Source: Mustelus asterias (Eukaryota). From it: DNA of 64,000 nt. Both the position numbers and the translations under genes were made by a program. The stretch is taken from positions 67,952,001-68,016,000 of the forward strand of contig NC_135804.1 in assembly GCF_964213995.1 (NCBI RefSeq), in the 5' to 3' direction. The notes under the pieces are model-generated. The model was not told the origin of the DNA. It made no database searches and saw nothing but the letters and a program-made list of their open reading frames with translations. This document shows, piece after piece, positions 12,030-22,769 of the stretch; positions within the stretch are counted from its first letter, which is position 1; the number at the start of each line of letters is the position of its first letter.

Positions 12030-13664
12030 CCCTCCCCGATTAGCTCAATACATTTTATGCCCGTATTGAGCAAGAGATCAGCGAGAGCATGCCTCCTACT
12101 CCAGAAGTCTCGGCCAAACTGATGTCCGAGTTCACCATCACATACGTCAGATCAACTTTCTCGAAAGTCTACCCTCGGAAAGCAAATCGTCCGGATGGGA
12201 TATCCGGATGAGCACTCAGATCCTGTGCAGACCAGCTGGCGGATTATTCCCAGACACATTTAACCTCTCTTTCCGCCAATCTGACGTCCAAATCTGCTTC
12301 AAGAAGACGACCCTCATCGCTCTCCCAAACAAAAGCCAGGCAGCTTGCCTTAATGACTGTCATCCGGTGCCTCTGACATCCATCATTATTAAGAGCTTCG
12401 AAAGTTAGCCATGGCACAAATCAATTCCAGCCTCCCAGATTACCCAGATCCATTACAGTTCACCTATCGCTGCAACAGGTTCACAGCAGAGGCCATCACC
12501 TTGGTGCTGCACTCAACATTGGAACACCTGCATAAGAAATGCACTTATGCCAGACTCCTATTTACTGACGACAGCTCAGTTTTCAACGCCATTATTGCTA
12601 CAATATTCATCTCCAAACTCCATAGCCTGGGGCTCGTCTCCTCCTTCTGTGACTGGATCCTAGCCTTTCTAACTCACAGATTGCAATCAGTAAGGATAGG
12701 CAACAGCACCTCCTCCACGATCATCCTCAACATTGGTGTCCTCAGCTGCTTCGCTTACTATGCTTCGTATAAACCTAAAACTGTGTGACCAAATTCCCCT
12801 CCGACTCGACTTTCAAGTTTACTGATGATGCCACCGTCGTGGGTCGGATACCACCGTAGTGGGTCGGATCTCAAACAATGATGTGATGGATAATAGGAAA
12901 GAGATAGAGATACTGATGAATTGATGCGAAGGCAATAATCTCTCCCTCAGTGTCAAAAAATTGAAGGAGATAGTCATCGAATATATCAAGGGGGTTAAGC
13001 GGAAATGGTCGCTAGGTTCAGATTTCTCGGTTTCCAGATAACCAAAAAACCGTTCGAGTCCCTCCACCTTTATGCTGTAGCTAAGAAAGCACAACAACGC
13101 CTCTGCTCTCTGAGGAGGCTAAATAAATTTGACATATCTGCTAAGACTCTCACCAACTTTTAAAATTCACCATAGGAATCATTTTTTTCTGGTTGTTTCA
13201 CAGCTTGGTATGGCTTCTGCTCTATCCAAGACCACAAGGAACTACAAATGGCCGTCAACGACGCCCAGCCAATGTTGCAAAGTAACCTCCCATCCATTGA
13301 CTCCGTCTACACTTCCTGCTGCCTTGGAAAAGCAGCCAGCATAATCAAGGAGCCCACGCACTCCCGACATACACTCTTCCACCTTTTTCCATCAGGAAGA
13401 AAGATATAAAAGTCTGTGGTCATCGACCAACCGACTGAAGAACAGCATCTTTCCCTCTGCCATCAGACTTTTGAATAGACCTACCTCGTATTCAGTTGAT
13501 CTATCTCTGCACCTGACCGACGAGTGTAACATTACATCCTGCGCCACCTCCTTTCCTTCTCTATGTACGGTATGCTTTGTCTGTATAGCGCACAAGAAAC
13601 AATAGTTTTCACTGTATAATAATACATGAGACGATAATGAATCAATTCAAATCAAATCAAATCA
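12030..13664 (+). mobile_element. Rex1/Babar-type LINE RT region and 3' end
   Basis: CLNDCHPVPLTSIIIKSFES and DPLQFTYRCNRFTAEAITLVLHSTLEHL..ARLLFTDDSSVFNAI; (tcaaa)n tail. Confidence 0.85.
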
Positions 13665-13697
13665 GACCAAATTAGTTCCCACTTCCAAATCATTCAC

Positions 13698-13903
13698 AGT
13701 CTAATGATGACCACGAAACCATTGTCAATTGTTGTAAGAAATCATCTGGTTCACTAATGTTCATTAGGGAAGAAAATCTGCCATCCGTAACTGGACTGGC
13801 CGACATGTGACTCCAAATCCACAACAATGTGGATTAAATGGCCTTAAGTTTGTCAATAATCGCTGGCCCAGCAAGCAATGCCCACATCCTGTGAATGAAT
13901 GAA
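13698..13903 (+). mobile_element. SINE core with L2-type tail (resembles SlmI/MetaSINE-type SINEs, from memory)
   Basis: gaccacgaaaccattgtcaattgttgtaagaaatcatctggttcactaatg..gcccacatcctgtgaatgaatgaa; the tail is shared with the L2-like LINEs in this window. Confidence 0.65.
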
Positions 13904-14389
13904 AGGAATGTATCCACATTAAACTGCATGTGTATGTATATGCCAACTCTATCAGTCTGTCCAAATCACACTGAAGCATCATTGTATCCTCCACAAAGCT
14001 CACCCTCTCACCTGGAACTCATCATCTGTAAATTTCGAGATATTGCATTTAGTTCCCAAATCCAGATCATTCATACGCAATGTGTACAGTTGAGGTCCGA
14101 GCATTGATCGCTGCATTGCCCTACCAGTCACTGCCTGCCAACTGATAAGAGACCCATTTATTCCAAACTTTGATTTCTTCCTGCCAATCAGCGTTCCCTC
14201 CATGTCAAGACACTACCTGCAATCCTAAGCATCTCAACTTTATATTGTAGTCTGCTATTTGTGACCTTGTCACAAGATCTGTGAAAATGTAAATAAGCCA
14301 CTCCCACGTGTTCACCTTCTTCAATTCTACTCGTGCCATCTTTGAAGAATTCCAGTAGATTTGTCAAGCATGATTTCCTTTCATCGATT

Positions 14390-14670
14390 CAAGTAAGGTT
14401 TATTTATTTGTCAAAAGTAGGCTTATATTCACACTGCAATAAAGTTACTGTGAAAATCCCCGAGTCGCCGCACGCTGGCTCCTGGACACTGAGGGAGAAT
14501 TTTGCATGGCCAATTCACATAACCTGCACATCTTTGGACTGTGGCAGAAAAGCAGGGCACCCAGAGGAAACCCACACAGGGAGAATCCACACAGACAGTG
14601 CCCTAGGCCGGAATCGAACTCCGATCCCTGGCGCTGTAAGGCAGCAGTGCTAACCACAGTGCCACCGTGC
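14390..14670 (-). mobile_element. HE1-headed V-SINE with alternative tail
   Basis: tRNA-like head (gcacggtggcactgtggttagcactgctgcc) and V core; the tail matches 56660-56737. Confidence 0.85.
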
Positions 14671-15489
14671 TTGCTTGACAACATCACTGTTTTCCAAATG
14701 CTGTGCTATGAAATCCCTGATAATGAATTCTAGTAACTTCCCTACTACCAACGTTATCCTCACTTATCTATAATTCCCTGTTTTTTTCTCTAACTCTCTT
14801 CTTGAATAGATTGGTTAAACATTATCTAGCCTCCGACTGTAGGAACCATGCCAGAGTCCAAAGAAGTTTGTAAAACGACTAAAATGGATTTCTATTTAAA
14901 GTCCCACTTCCTTAAGTATTCTGAGCTGACGAGTATCCAGCGCTGGAGATTTTTCCGCCTTCAGTCCCATAAATTTCCACAAAACTATTTCTCTATTAAT
15001 ACTGATTTTCTCCGGCTTCTCACTAAAATTTGTGTTGCGAAGAACTTCCGATACATTATTTCTGTCTTCCTTTGTGCAAACAGAAGCAAAGTACACATTT
15101 ATTTCCTCAGCCAATTTATTGTTCCACCTTATGAAATTCCCCCTTACTGAATGCAAAGGGCCGACATTCGTTTTTGTTCATCTCTTTTTTTTTGCATACA
15201 TTAAAAAACGTTTACAGTTAGGTTCTATGTTCCCCAGTAGCTTGCTTTCACGTTATATTTTCTTCCTCTCAATCAATTCCTTGGTCCGCCTTTGCTGAAT
15301 TTTTAAACTGCTCCCAATGCACAAGTCTATTTGTTTTTCTTGCGAATTTTAAAGTTTGTTATTTGAATATAAAACAATCTCTAATTTCCCTTGTTGGCCA
15401 TGGTTGGCCACGTTCCATTTGTACTCTCGCGCAAAATGGGAATACACAACTTTTGGAGTTCACCTGCTCATTCCTTGCACACCTGCGAT

Positions 15490-15955
15490 TCTCTCCAATT
15501 TTTACAGATGCGCGATAGATAATGTGCTTTCCGGATGTATCACAGCTTGCTACGGCTCCTGCTCTGACCAAGACCGCAAGAAAATATAACGGGTTGTGAA
15601 CGGAACCCAGTCCATCACGCAAAACAGTCTCCCATCCATTGACTCTGGCTACACTTTCCGTCGCTACAGAAAATCCGACAGCATAATTAAGGAGCCCACG
15701 CACCCCGGACATACTCTCTTGCAACTTCTTCTGTCGGGAAAATGATGAAAAATTCTGAGATCACGTACCAACTGACTCAAGAACACTTTGTTCCCTCCTG
15801 CAGCAGACTTTTGTATGGACCGACCACATATTAAGTTGATCTTTCTCGATAGCCTAGCTCTGACTGAAACTTAGTCTGCACTCTTTTTTCCTTCCCTTGT
15901 TTGCTCCTTCAGTGGTATGTTTTGTCCGTCGAGGGCGCCTGGAACAATAATTTTG
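15490..15955 (+). mobile_element. Rex1/Babar LINE 3' fragment
   Basis: LSNFYRCAIDNVLSGCITACYGSCSDQDRKK. Confidence 0.75.
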
Positions 15956-15959
15956 GAAC

Positions 15960-16730
15960 AACAGACTTGTGAGAAAATTTAAAATTCATGAAATAAAAGT
16001 GATAGTCTCAAAGTGGTTACGCAATTGGTTAAATAATTGAAAGCAGTTTAATGGTCATTTTCTCCTCGTTGTTTTTTGTGTATACATAATTGAGGGAGCA
16101 ATTAATAAGGTACATTGTATTCTAGGCTTTATTAAAAGGAACGTGGAGTACAAGAGGAAGGTGGATATGCAGAATTTAGACAAAATACCAGTTGCACGCC
16201 AGCTGGCGTATTGCGCCGTTAATGGACGCCACACTGCAGGAAGGATATGAGCATATTGAGGAGAGTGCTGGTGGGGTTTACAGTAATTATTCCAGGAATG
16301 AGAAACTTCAGTTATGAGGATAGATTCGAGACATTGGGGCTGTTGTCCTTGGAGAAAGGTGGCTCAGAGGTGATTTCATGGAGATTTTCAACATCATATT
16401 GGGCTGGACAGACTAGATAGGCTAAACTGTCTCCGCTCATAAAACGATCAAGAACGAATGGTGACAGATTGAATGTGATTTTCAATAGAAGCAAATGGAA
16501 TGCGAGGAAAAACATTTTCAAACAGCCAGTAGTACGGTCCTGGAGTGCATTAGTTGGAATTCCGGTGGAGGCATTTTGAATCGCTGCACTCAAAATGACA
16601 TTAGATGACGACTCAGATAGAAGCAATATGCATGGGTACGGCGAATAGGAAGAGGAATGGAAATAAGTCTGGATTTACTTTTGGACGACCAGTGCAGTTA
16701 TGGTGGGCCAAAGTAACTGATTCTCTGCCA
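15960..16730 (+). mobile_element. Decayed CR1 3' fragment
   Basis: Degenerate RPQLAYC../ccaggaatgagaaacttcagttatgagga motifs typical of the CR1 ORF2 end. Confidence 0.7.
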
Positions 16731-17150
16731 TACGAGTTGCGATCGTTGAAAACGATCACAACCATTGTTCCACTGGAGCAAGCAGAGAGGGAGTGATTTG
16801 TGGCAGAAGTGCTGGTGAGCGATTTATTTATTTAGTTAGTGTGTTTTTTGCCTTTATTTTTCGAGTAGTTTTTTTCTTACTTTGAAACTGAAAACCGGAA
16901 GTGGGCCGCTAAGGAGTCTGGGAAGGATTTTTTTTAAGCGCGCAAAGTATAAAAGGTGGGCTGCAGTATACAGCGAGCAGCGTCGGGAGCGGGCAGTGGA
17001 CTGAGTGGGAAGCAGAGTGAGAGCAAGAAGGGCTTTGGCTCACAGGGCTTTGGGGAACAGGGCGAGCAGGGGTGAGTTTTTCATTCTTATTTACTTTTCT
17101 CTGCGTACCTTGGAATAAAGGGTCAAATATGAGTGTGAAGCCAGTGTAGG

Positions 17151-18044
17151 ATGTGGGAGGTCCTGGAGGCACATGGCCTCCCAGACATCCACATCCGTGA
17201 GGGGTGTGTATGGCTGCGGTTCCTGAGGGACCGTGTTAGGGAGCTGGAACTGCAGCTCGAGGATCTCAGGATGTTCAGGGAGAATGACGAGGTGATAGAC
17301 AAGAGCTATCATCAGGTGGTCAAACCAGGGCCACGGGTGGAGGCCAAGTGGGTGACGGCCAGGAAGGGTAAAGCTCGGGTGATTGAGAGCACCCCGGTGG
17401 ATGTGCCCCTACACAACAAGTACTCCTGCCTGAGTACTGCTGGGGGGGACAGCCCGCCTGGGAGAAGCAGCAGTGGCCGTGTCTCCGGAGTGGAGTCCAG
17501 CCCTGTAACTCAGAGGGCTAAGGAAAAGATGAGGAAGGCAGTGTTAATCGGGGACTCGACAGTAAGTGGGTTGGATAGGCTTTTTTGCGGAGGCAGGCGG
17601 GAGTCTCGGATGGTGGTCTGCCTTCCTAGGGCCGGGATCCAGGATGTTGCTGGTCGAGTCCCAGAAATCCTGAGGGGGGAGGGAGAGGAGGCAGAGGTAG
17701 CGGTAAATATTGGTACCGCTGATGTGGGAAGGAAGGGGAAAGGGGTCATGAAAAGGGAGTATAGGGAATTAGGGAGACAGCTGAGAAGGAGGAAAGCAAA
17801 GGTAGTAATCTCAGGATTGCTGCCTGTGCCACGGGAGGGTGAGGGCAGGAATGGAGTGAGGTGGAGGATGAATGTGTGGCTGAGGGACTGGTGTGGGGGG
17901 CAGGGATTCAGGTTCCTGGACCATTGGGACCTCTTTAGGGGCAGGTGTGACCTGTACACAACAAACGGGTGGCACTTGAATATCAGGGGGACCAATATCC
18001 TGGCGGGAAGGTTGGCTAAAGCTACTGGGGAGAGTTTAAACTAG
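17151..18044 (+). CDS. CR1 ORF1 protein: coiled coil plus SGNH/GDSL esterase domain
   Basis: LRDRVRELELQLEDL coiled coil; VLIGDS, NIGTAD and NGWHLN blocks of the SGNH fold; the N-terminal Cys-finger appears damaged. Confidence 0.85.
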   Translation: MWEVLEAHGLPDIHIREGCVWLRFLRDRVRELELQLEDLRMFRENDEVIDKSYHQVVKPGPRVEAKWVTARKGKARVIESTPVDVPLHNKYSCLSTAGGDSPPGRSSSGRVSGVESSPVTQRAKEKMRKAVLIGDSTVSGLDRLFCGGRRESRMVVCLPRAGIQDVAGRVPEILRGEGEEAEVAVNIGTADVGRKGKGVMKREYRELGRQLRRRKAKVVISGLLPVPREGEGRNGVRWRMNVWLRDWCGGQGFRFLDHWDLFRGRCDLYTTNGWHLNIRGTNILAGRLAKATGESLN

Positions 18045-20177
18045 ATAGGTTGGGGGGAGGGGATCGAGACGAGTTGACTGAGAGCGAGAAGTTAGCTTGC
18101 AAACAGAGAAGGGTTATAGACAGTGCAAGAGGGAGGATGGACGGCGGATAGAGAAGGGGAGAGCTCAGACCAAAGGATTGAGATGTGTTTACTTTAATGC
18201 CAGGTGTATAGTGAATAAAGGGGATGAGCTCAGAGCATGGATCGATGCCTGGAAGTGTGATGTGGTGGCCATTACGGAGACTTGGATGTCTCAGCGACAG
18301 GACTGGATACTCCAGGTGCCGGGATTCAGATGTTTCAGGAAGGACAGGGAGGGAGACAAGAGAGGGGGTCGTGTGGCACTGCTGATCAGGGATAGTGTCA
18401 CAGCTGTAGAGAAGGTGTATGCTGTGGAGGGATTGTCTACAGAGTCTCTGTGGCTGGAGGTTCGGAGTGGGAAGGTGTCGATGACTTTGCCTGGAGTTTT
18501 CGATAGGCCACCCAAAAGTAGCAGGGATGTGGAGGAGCATATAGGGAAACAGATCCTGGAGAGTTTTAATAATAGCAGAGTTGTTGTGATGGGAGACTTT
18601 AATTTCCCAAACATAGATTGGAATATCCCTAGGGTAAGGGGATTGGATGGGGAGGAGTTCTTTAGGTGTGTTCGGTAGGGTTTCCTGACACAGCATGTGG
18701 ACAAGCCTCCAAGAGGAGAGGCTGTACTTGATCTGATACTGACAAATGAATCTGGACAGGTGTCAGATCTCTCAGTGGGAGAGCATCTTGGGGATAGCGA
18801 TCATAACTCTATTTCCTTTATGATTGCATTGGAAAAAGACAGGATCAGGCAATCGAGGAAAGCGTTTATATGGAGTAAGGGGAAATATGAAGACATAAGG
18901 CAGCAAATTAGAGGAGTAAATTGGAAGGAGGTATTCTCGGGGAAATCTACTGAAGAGAGGTGGCAGTTTTTCAAGGAATGTCTGTCTAGAGTTCTATAGG
19001 ACAACATTCCGAGCAGACAGGGAGGACTTGGTAGGTTAAAGGAACCGTGGTGCACGAATGCTGTGCGGGACCTAGTCGAGAAGAAAAGGAAAGCGTACAA
19101 AAGGTTCAGAGAGCTTCGCGAAGAGAGGGATATAGATGAGTATACGGCTTGTAAGAAGGGACTTAAGAAGGAAATTAGGAGAGCCAGAAGTGGTCACGAG
19201 AAGGCCTTGGCAGGTAGAATTAAGGAAAACCCAAAGGCGTTCTATAAATATGTGAAGAATAAAAGGATGAGACGTGAAGGAATAGGGCCTATAAAAGGTG
19301 AAGGCGGGAAAATCTGTACAGAACCAGTAGAAATGGCAGAGGTGCTTAATGAGTATTTTGCCTCTGTTTTCACAGAGGAGAAGGACATGGGTGGATTTAC
19401 TGCGGGCTTGCGGTGGACTGAAAAGATTGAGTAAGTGGACTTTAACAAAGAGGTTGTGCTGGAATCTTTGAATGGCATGAAGATAGATAAGTCACCGGGT
19501 CCGGATGGGATGTACCCCAGGTTGCTGTGGGAGGCGAGGGAAGAGATTGCAGAGCATCTGGCGATGATCTTTGCGTCGTCGATGGAGATGGGAGAGGTGC
19601 CGGAGGATTGGAGATTTGCGGATGTGGTTCCTATTTTCAAGAAGGGGAATGGGGATAGCCCAGGAAATTACTGACAGGTGAGTATAACCTCAGTGGTTGG
19701 TAAGCTGATGGAGAAGATCCTGAGGGACAAGATTTATGAGCATTTAGAGTGGTTTAGTATGCTCAAGAATACTCAGCATGGCTTTGTCAAAGGCAGATCG
19801 TGCCTTACAAGCCTGGTGGCGTTCTTCGAAAATGTGACTAAACACATTTATGAAGGGAAAGCGGTAGGTTTGCTTTATATGGATTTTATCAAGGCGTTTG
19901 ATAAGGTCCCCCATGGAAGGCTTCTAGAAAATGTGAGAGGGCATGGGATCCAAGGGGCTGCTGCCCTGTGGATCCAGAACTGGCTTGCCCAAAGGAGGCA
20001 GAGAATGGGTATAGATGGGCCTTTTTCTAAATGGAGATCGGTCACCAGTGGTGTGCCCCAGGGATCTGCTCTCGGACCCTTGCTGTTTGTCATTTTCATA
20101 AATGACCTGGATGAGGAAGTGGAGGGATGTGTTGGTAAGTTTGCCGATGACATGAGGGTTGTTGGGGTTGTGGATAG

Positions 20178-20914
20178 AACATGGAACATAGAACATTACA
20201 GCGCAGTACAGGCCCTTCGGCCTTCGATGTTGCGCCGAACAGTGAAACCAATCCAAAGCCCATCTAACCTACACTATTCCAATGTCATCGATATGTTTAT
20301 CCAATAACCATTTCAATGATCTTAATGTTGTCGAGTCTACTACTGCTGCAGGCAGGGCATTCCACGCCCTTACTGCTCTCTGAGTAAAGAACCTACCTCT
20401 AACATCTGTCTATATCTATCACCCCTCAATTTAAAGCTATGTCCCCTCGTGGTAGCTTTCACCATCCGAGGAAAAAGGCTCTCACTATCCACCCTATCTA
20501 ATCTTCTGATCGTCTTGCATGCCTCTATTAATTCACCTCTTAACCTTCTTCTCTCTAACGAAAACAACCTCAAGCACCTCAGCCTTTCCTCATATGATTT
20601 CCCCACCATACCAGGCAACATTCTGGTAAATCTCCTCTGCACCCTTTCCAACACTTTCACATCCTTCCTATAATGCGGCGACCAGAACTGTACGCAATAC
20701 TCCAAGTGCGGCCGCACCAGAGTTTTGTACAGTTGCAACATGACCTCCTGGCTCCGAAACTCAATCCCTCTACCAATAAAAGCTAACACACCATACGCCT
20801 TCTTAACAACCCTATCAACCTGGGTGCCAACTTTCAGGGATCTATGCACATGGACACCCAGATCCCTCTGTTCATCCACACTACCAAGTATCTTACCATT
20901 AGCCCAGTACTCTG
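20178..20914 (-). mobile_element. CR1 3' fragment inserted antisense into the CR1 above
   Basis: ORF 20370-20879 (RPHLEYCVQFWSPHY); (aacatag)n tail at 20178. Confidence 0.9.
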
Positions 20915-21029
20915 TAGTCTGGAGGGATAGTCTGGAGGGATGTCAAAAGTTACAGAGGGACACAGATAGGATGCAAGACTGGGCGGAGAAGTGGCAGATG
21001 GACTTCAACCCTGATAAATGCGTAGTGTA

Positions 21030-22300
21030 TGCTCCCAGCTACTCAGGATGTGTGCTGAACATAACTGATTTGATTGAAGCGTAACTGATCTTATTAAAAT
21101 TTCTCTTATCCAGCCCTTGGCTCTCATTTGCCATAACGATCTTAAATTGAACAGATTTATGATTGCTGTCTGCAAAATGCTCCCCCATTGATACTGCAAC
21201 CACTTCCTCGGTTTTTGTTAAGTTTAAAATGATGTCCAGATCCCTCTCTTGCAGGCCCTTCTAGGTACTGGCTTAAAAGGTTATGCTGCATGCATTTTAA
21301 GAATTCTGCTCCATCTAAACAATTCATAATATGGCTGCCCCAGGTCATGCTCTGGCAGTTGAAATCCCCCACTATCAATATCGTATTGCTTTTACACTTC
21401 TCTGGAATTTCCCTCCATGTCTGCTCTTCTATTTCTCTCACGCTGTTCGAGGGCGTGACAGAGGGCTGTTGTACTTGATCTGCTGATCAAAATCGTGACA
21501 TACCCTTCTCTTTCACATACTTTACTGTCTCACAAGATGTTCCTATATCATTGCAATATTGACCTGGCAATGCCACCCATCTCTGTACCATGTCCCAGTG
21601 AGAGCAATGAAAAATACCCACATGTTTTAGTTTGTGTCTTCAACTCCAATTCATTGTCCATCAGACTCCATGCATTGAAATATATACAATCCAATCATGC
21701 CAATCTATCTTTTTCCTGAATTCGTCAAAGAGTCATAGAGGTTCACAATATGGAAACAGGCCCTTTGGCCCAAGTTGTCCATGCCGCCCTTTTTTTTTTT
21801 AAACCCCGAAACTAATCCCAATTGCCCGCATTTGGCCCATATCCCTCTATATCCATCGTACCCATGTAACTATCTAAATGCGTTTTAAAAGACAAAATTG
21901 AACCCGCCTCTAAAACTACCTCTGGCAGCTTGTTCCAGACACTCACTGCCCTCTGTGTGAAAAAAAAGATCTAAAACATCTATGCATTCCTCACTGACTT
22001 GCTATGTTTTCTAATTCTCTCTGTGCATCGCTCCTTACTGAGAATTCAGTCAAGACCCCATCTCCTTTCCAACTTAGTATAAACCTATATCAATAACACT
22101 AACATCGCTGTGAGGTTTCTGCTCCCATTTCAACTCAGGCGCAAAACGTCCTCCTTGAGCAGATCCCAAAATCCACAAACATTGTCCCAAATCGGCTAAA
22201 TCCATCCGTCCAGCATTATCTCTCCAGCCACATATTCAACTAGACTAACCTCCTATTTTTTTATACTCACTATCACGGGCATCAAAAGCCATCCAGAGAT
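21030..22300 (-). mobile_element. Decayed CR1 APE/ORF1 region with a younger CR1 3' tail inserted at ~21728-21962
   Basis: ILIVGDFNCQSMTW APE motif; 21728-21962 is the reverse complement of 27190-27432. Confidence 0.6.
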
Positions 22301-22377
22301 TATCTATGAATACACAAGCAACGAAGTAGCTCAGAGATTAGAGAATGCTACAACTGACATTCCACTTTTAAAAGATG

Positions 22378-22712
22378 GGCGGCACGGTAGCACAGTGGTG
22401 AGCACTGCTGCTCCACAGCTTTAGGGGCCTGGGTTCGATTCCCGGCTTGGGTCACTGTCTGTGTGAAGTTTGCACATTCTCCTGGTGTCTGCGTGGGTTT
22501 TCTCCGGGTGCTCCGGTTTCCACCCACAGTCCAAAGATGTGCGGATTAGGTTGATTGGCCATGTTAAAAGTTGCCCCTTAGTGTCCTGAGATGCATAGAT
22601 TAGAGGGTTTAGCGGGTACAATATGTAAGGATACGGGGGTAGGGCCTGGGTGAGATTATGGTCGGTGCAGACTCGATGGGCCAAATGGCCTCTTTCTGCA
22701 CTGCAGGATTTC
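22378..22712 (+). mobile_element. HE1-type V-SINE, full length
   Basis: tRNA head with box A/B (ggtagcacagtgg; gggttcgattccc), V core ggtgctccggtttc..cagtccaaagatgtg, CR1-like tail gatgggccaaatggcctc. Confidence 0.92.
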
Positions 22713-22769
22713 TATTAACATCTGCATCCTGTTTTTTCTTTCTGCTTCTCAGATCCCTAACTTCTACTG

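Larger units (their letters stand above)
10150..15480 (-). mobile_element. Old CR1 LINE ORF2 fragmented by nested insertions
   Basis: Collinear pieces (LRPHLKYSVQFWPPY; NDLDLGTKCNISKFTDD; LAEEINVYFASVCTKED) at ~10150-10855, 11830-12010, 13905-14385 and 14680-15480. Confidence 0.8.
16775..21027 (+). mobile_element. Near full-length CR1/HER1 LINE (5'UTR, ORF1, APE-RT ORF2 with stops), 3' end missing, interrupted at 20178-20914
   Basis: ORF1 17151-18044; APE motifs CVYFNARCI, DVVAITETW, VVMGDFNFPNIDW and SDHN; RT motifs [12 protein letters not shown] and FADD; in-frame stops. Confidence 0.95.

Noticed and set aside
17510-20256. Long minus-strand ORFs over the CR1 (likewise 63044-63958)
   Set aside because: Antisense shadows of LINE coding sequence
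22378-22455. tRNA-like box A/B sequences (also at 14600, 39570 and 56470) and CACAGTG heptamers
   Set aside because: SINE heads rather than tRNA genes; the heptamers have no nonamer at 12/23 spacing that I could see, so they are not RSSs
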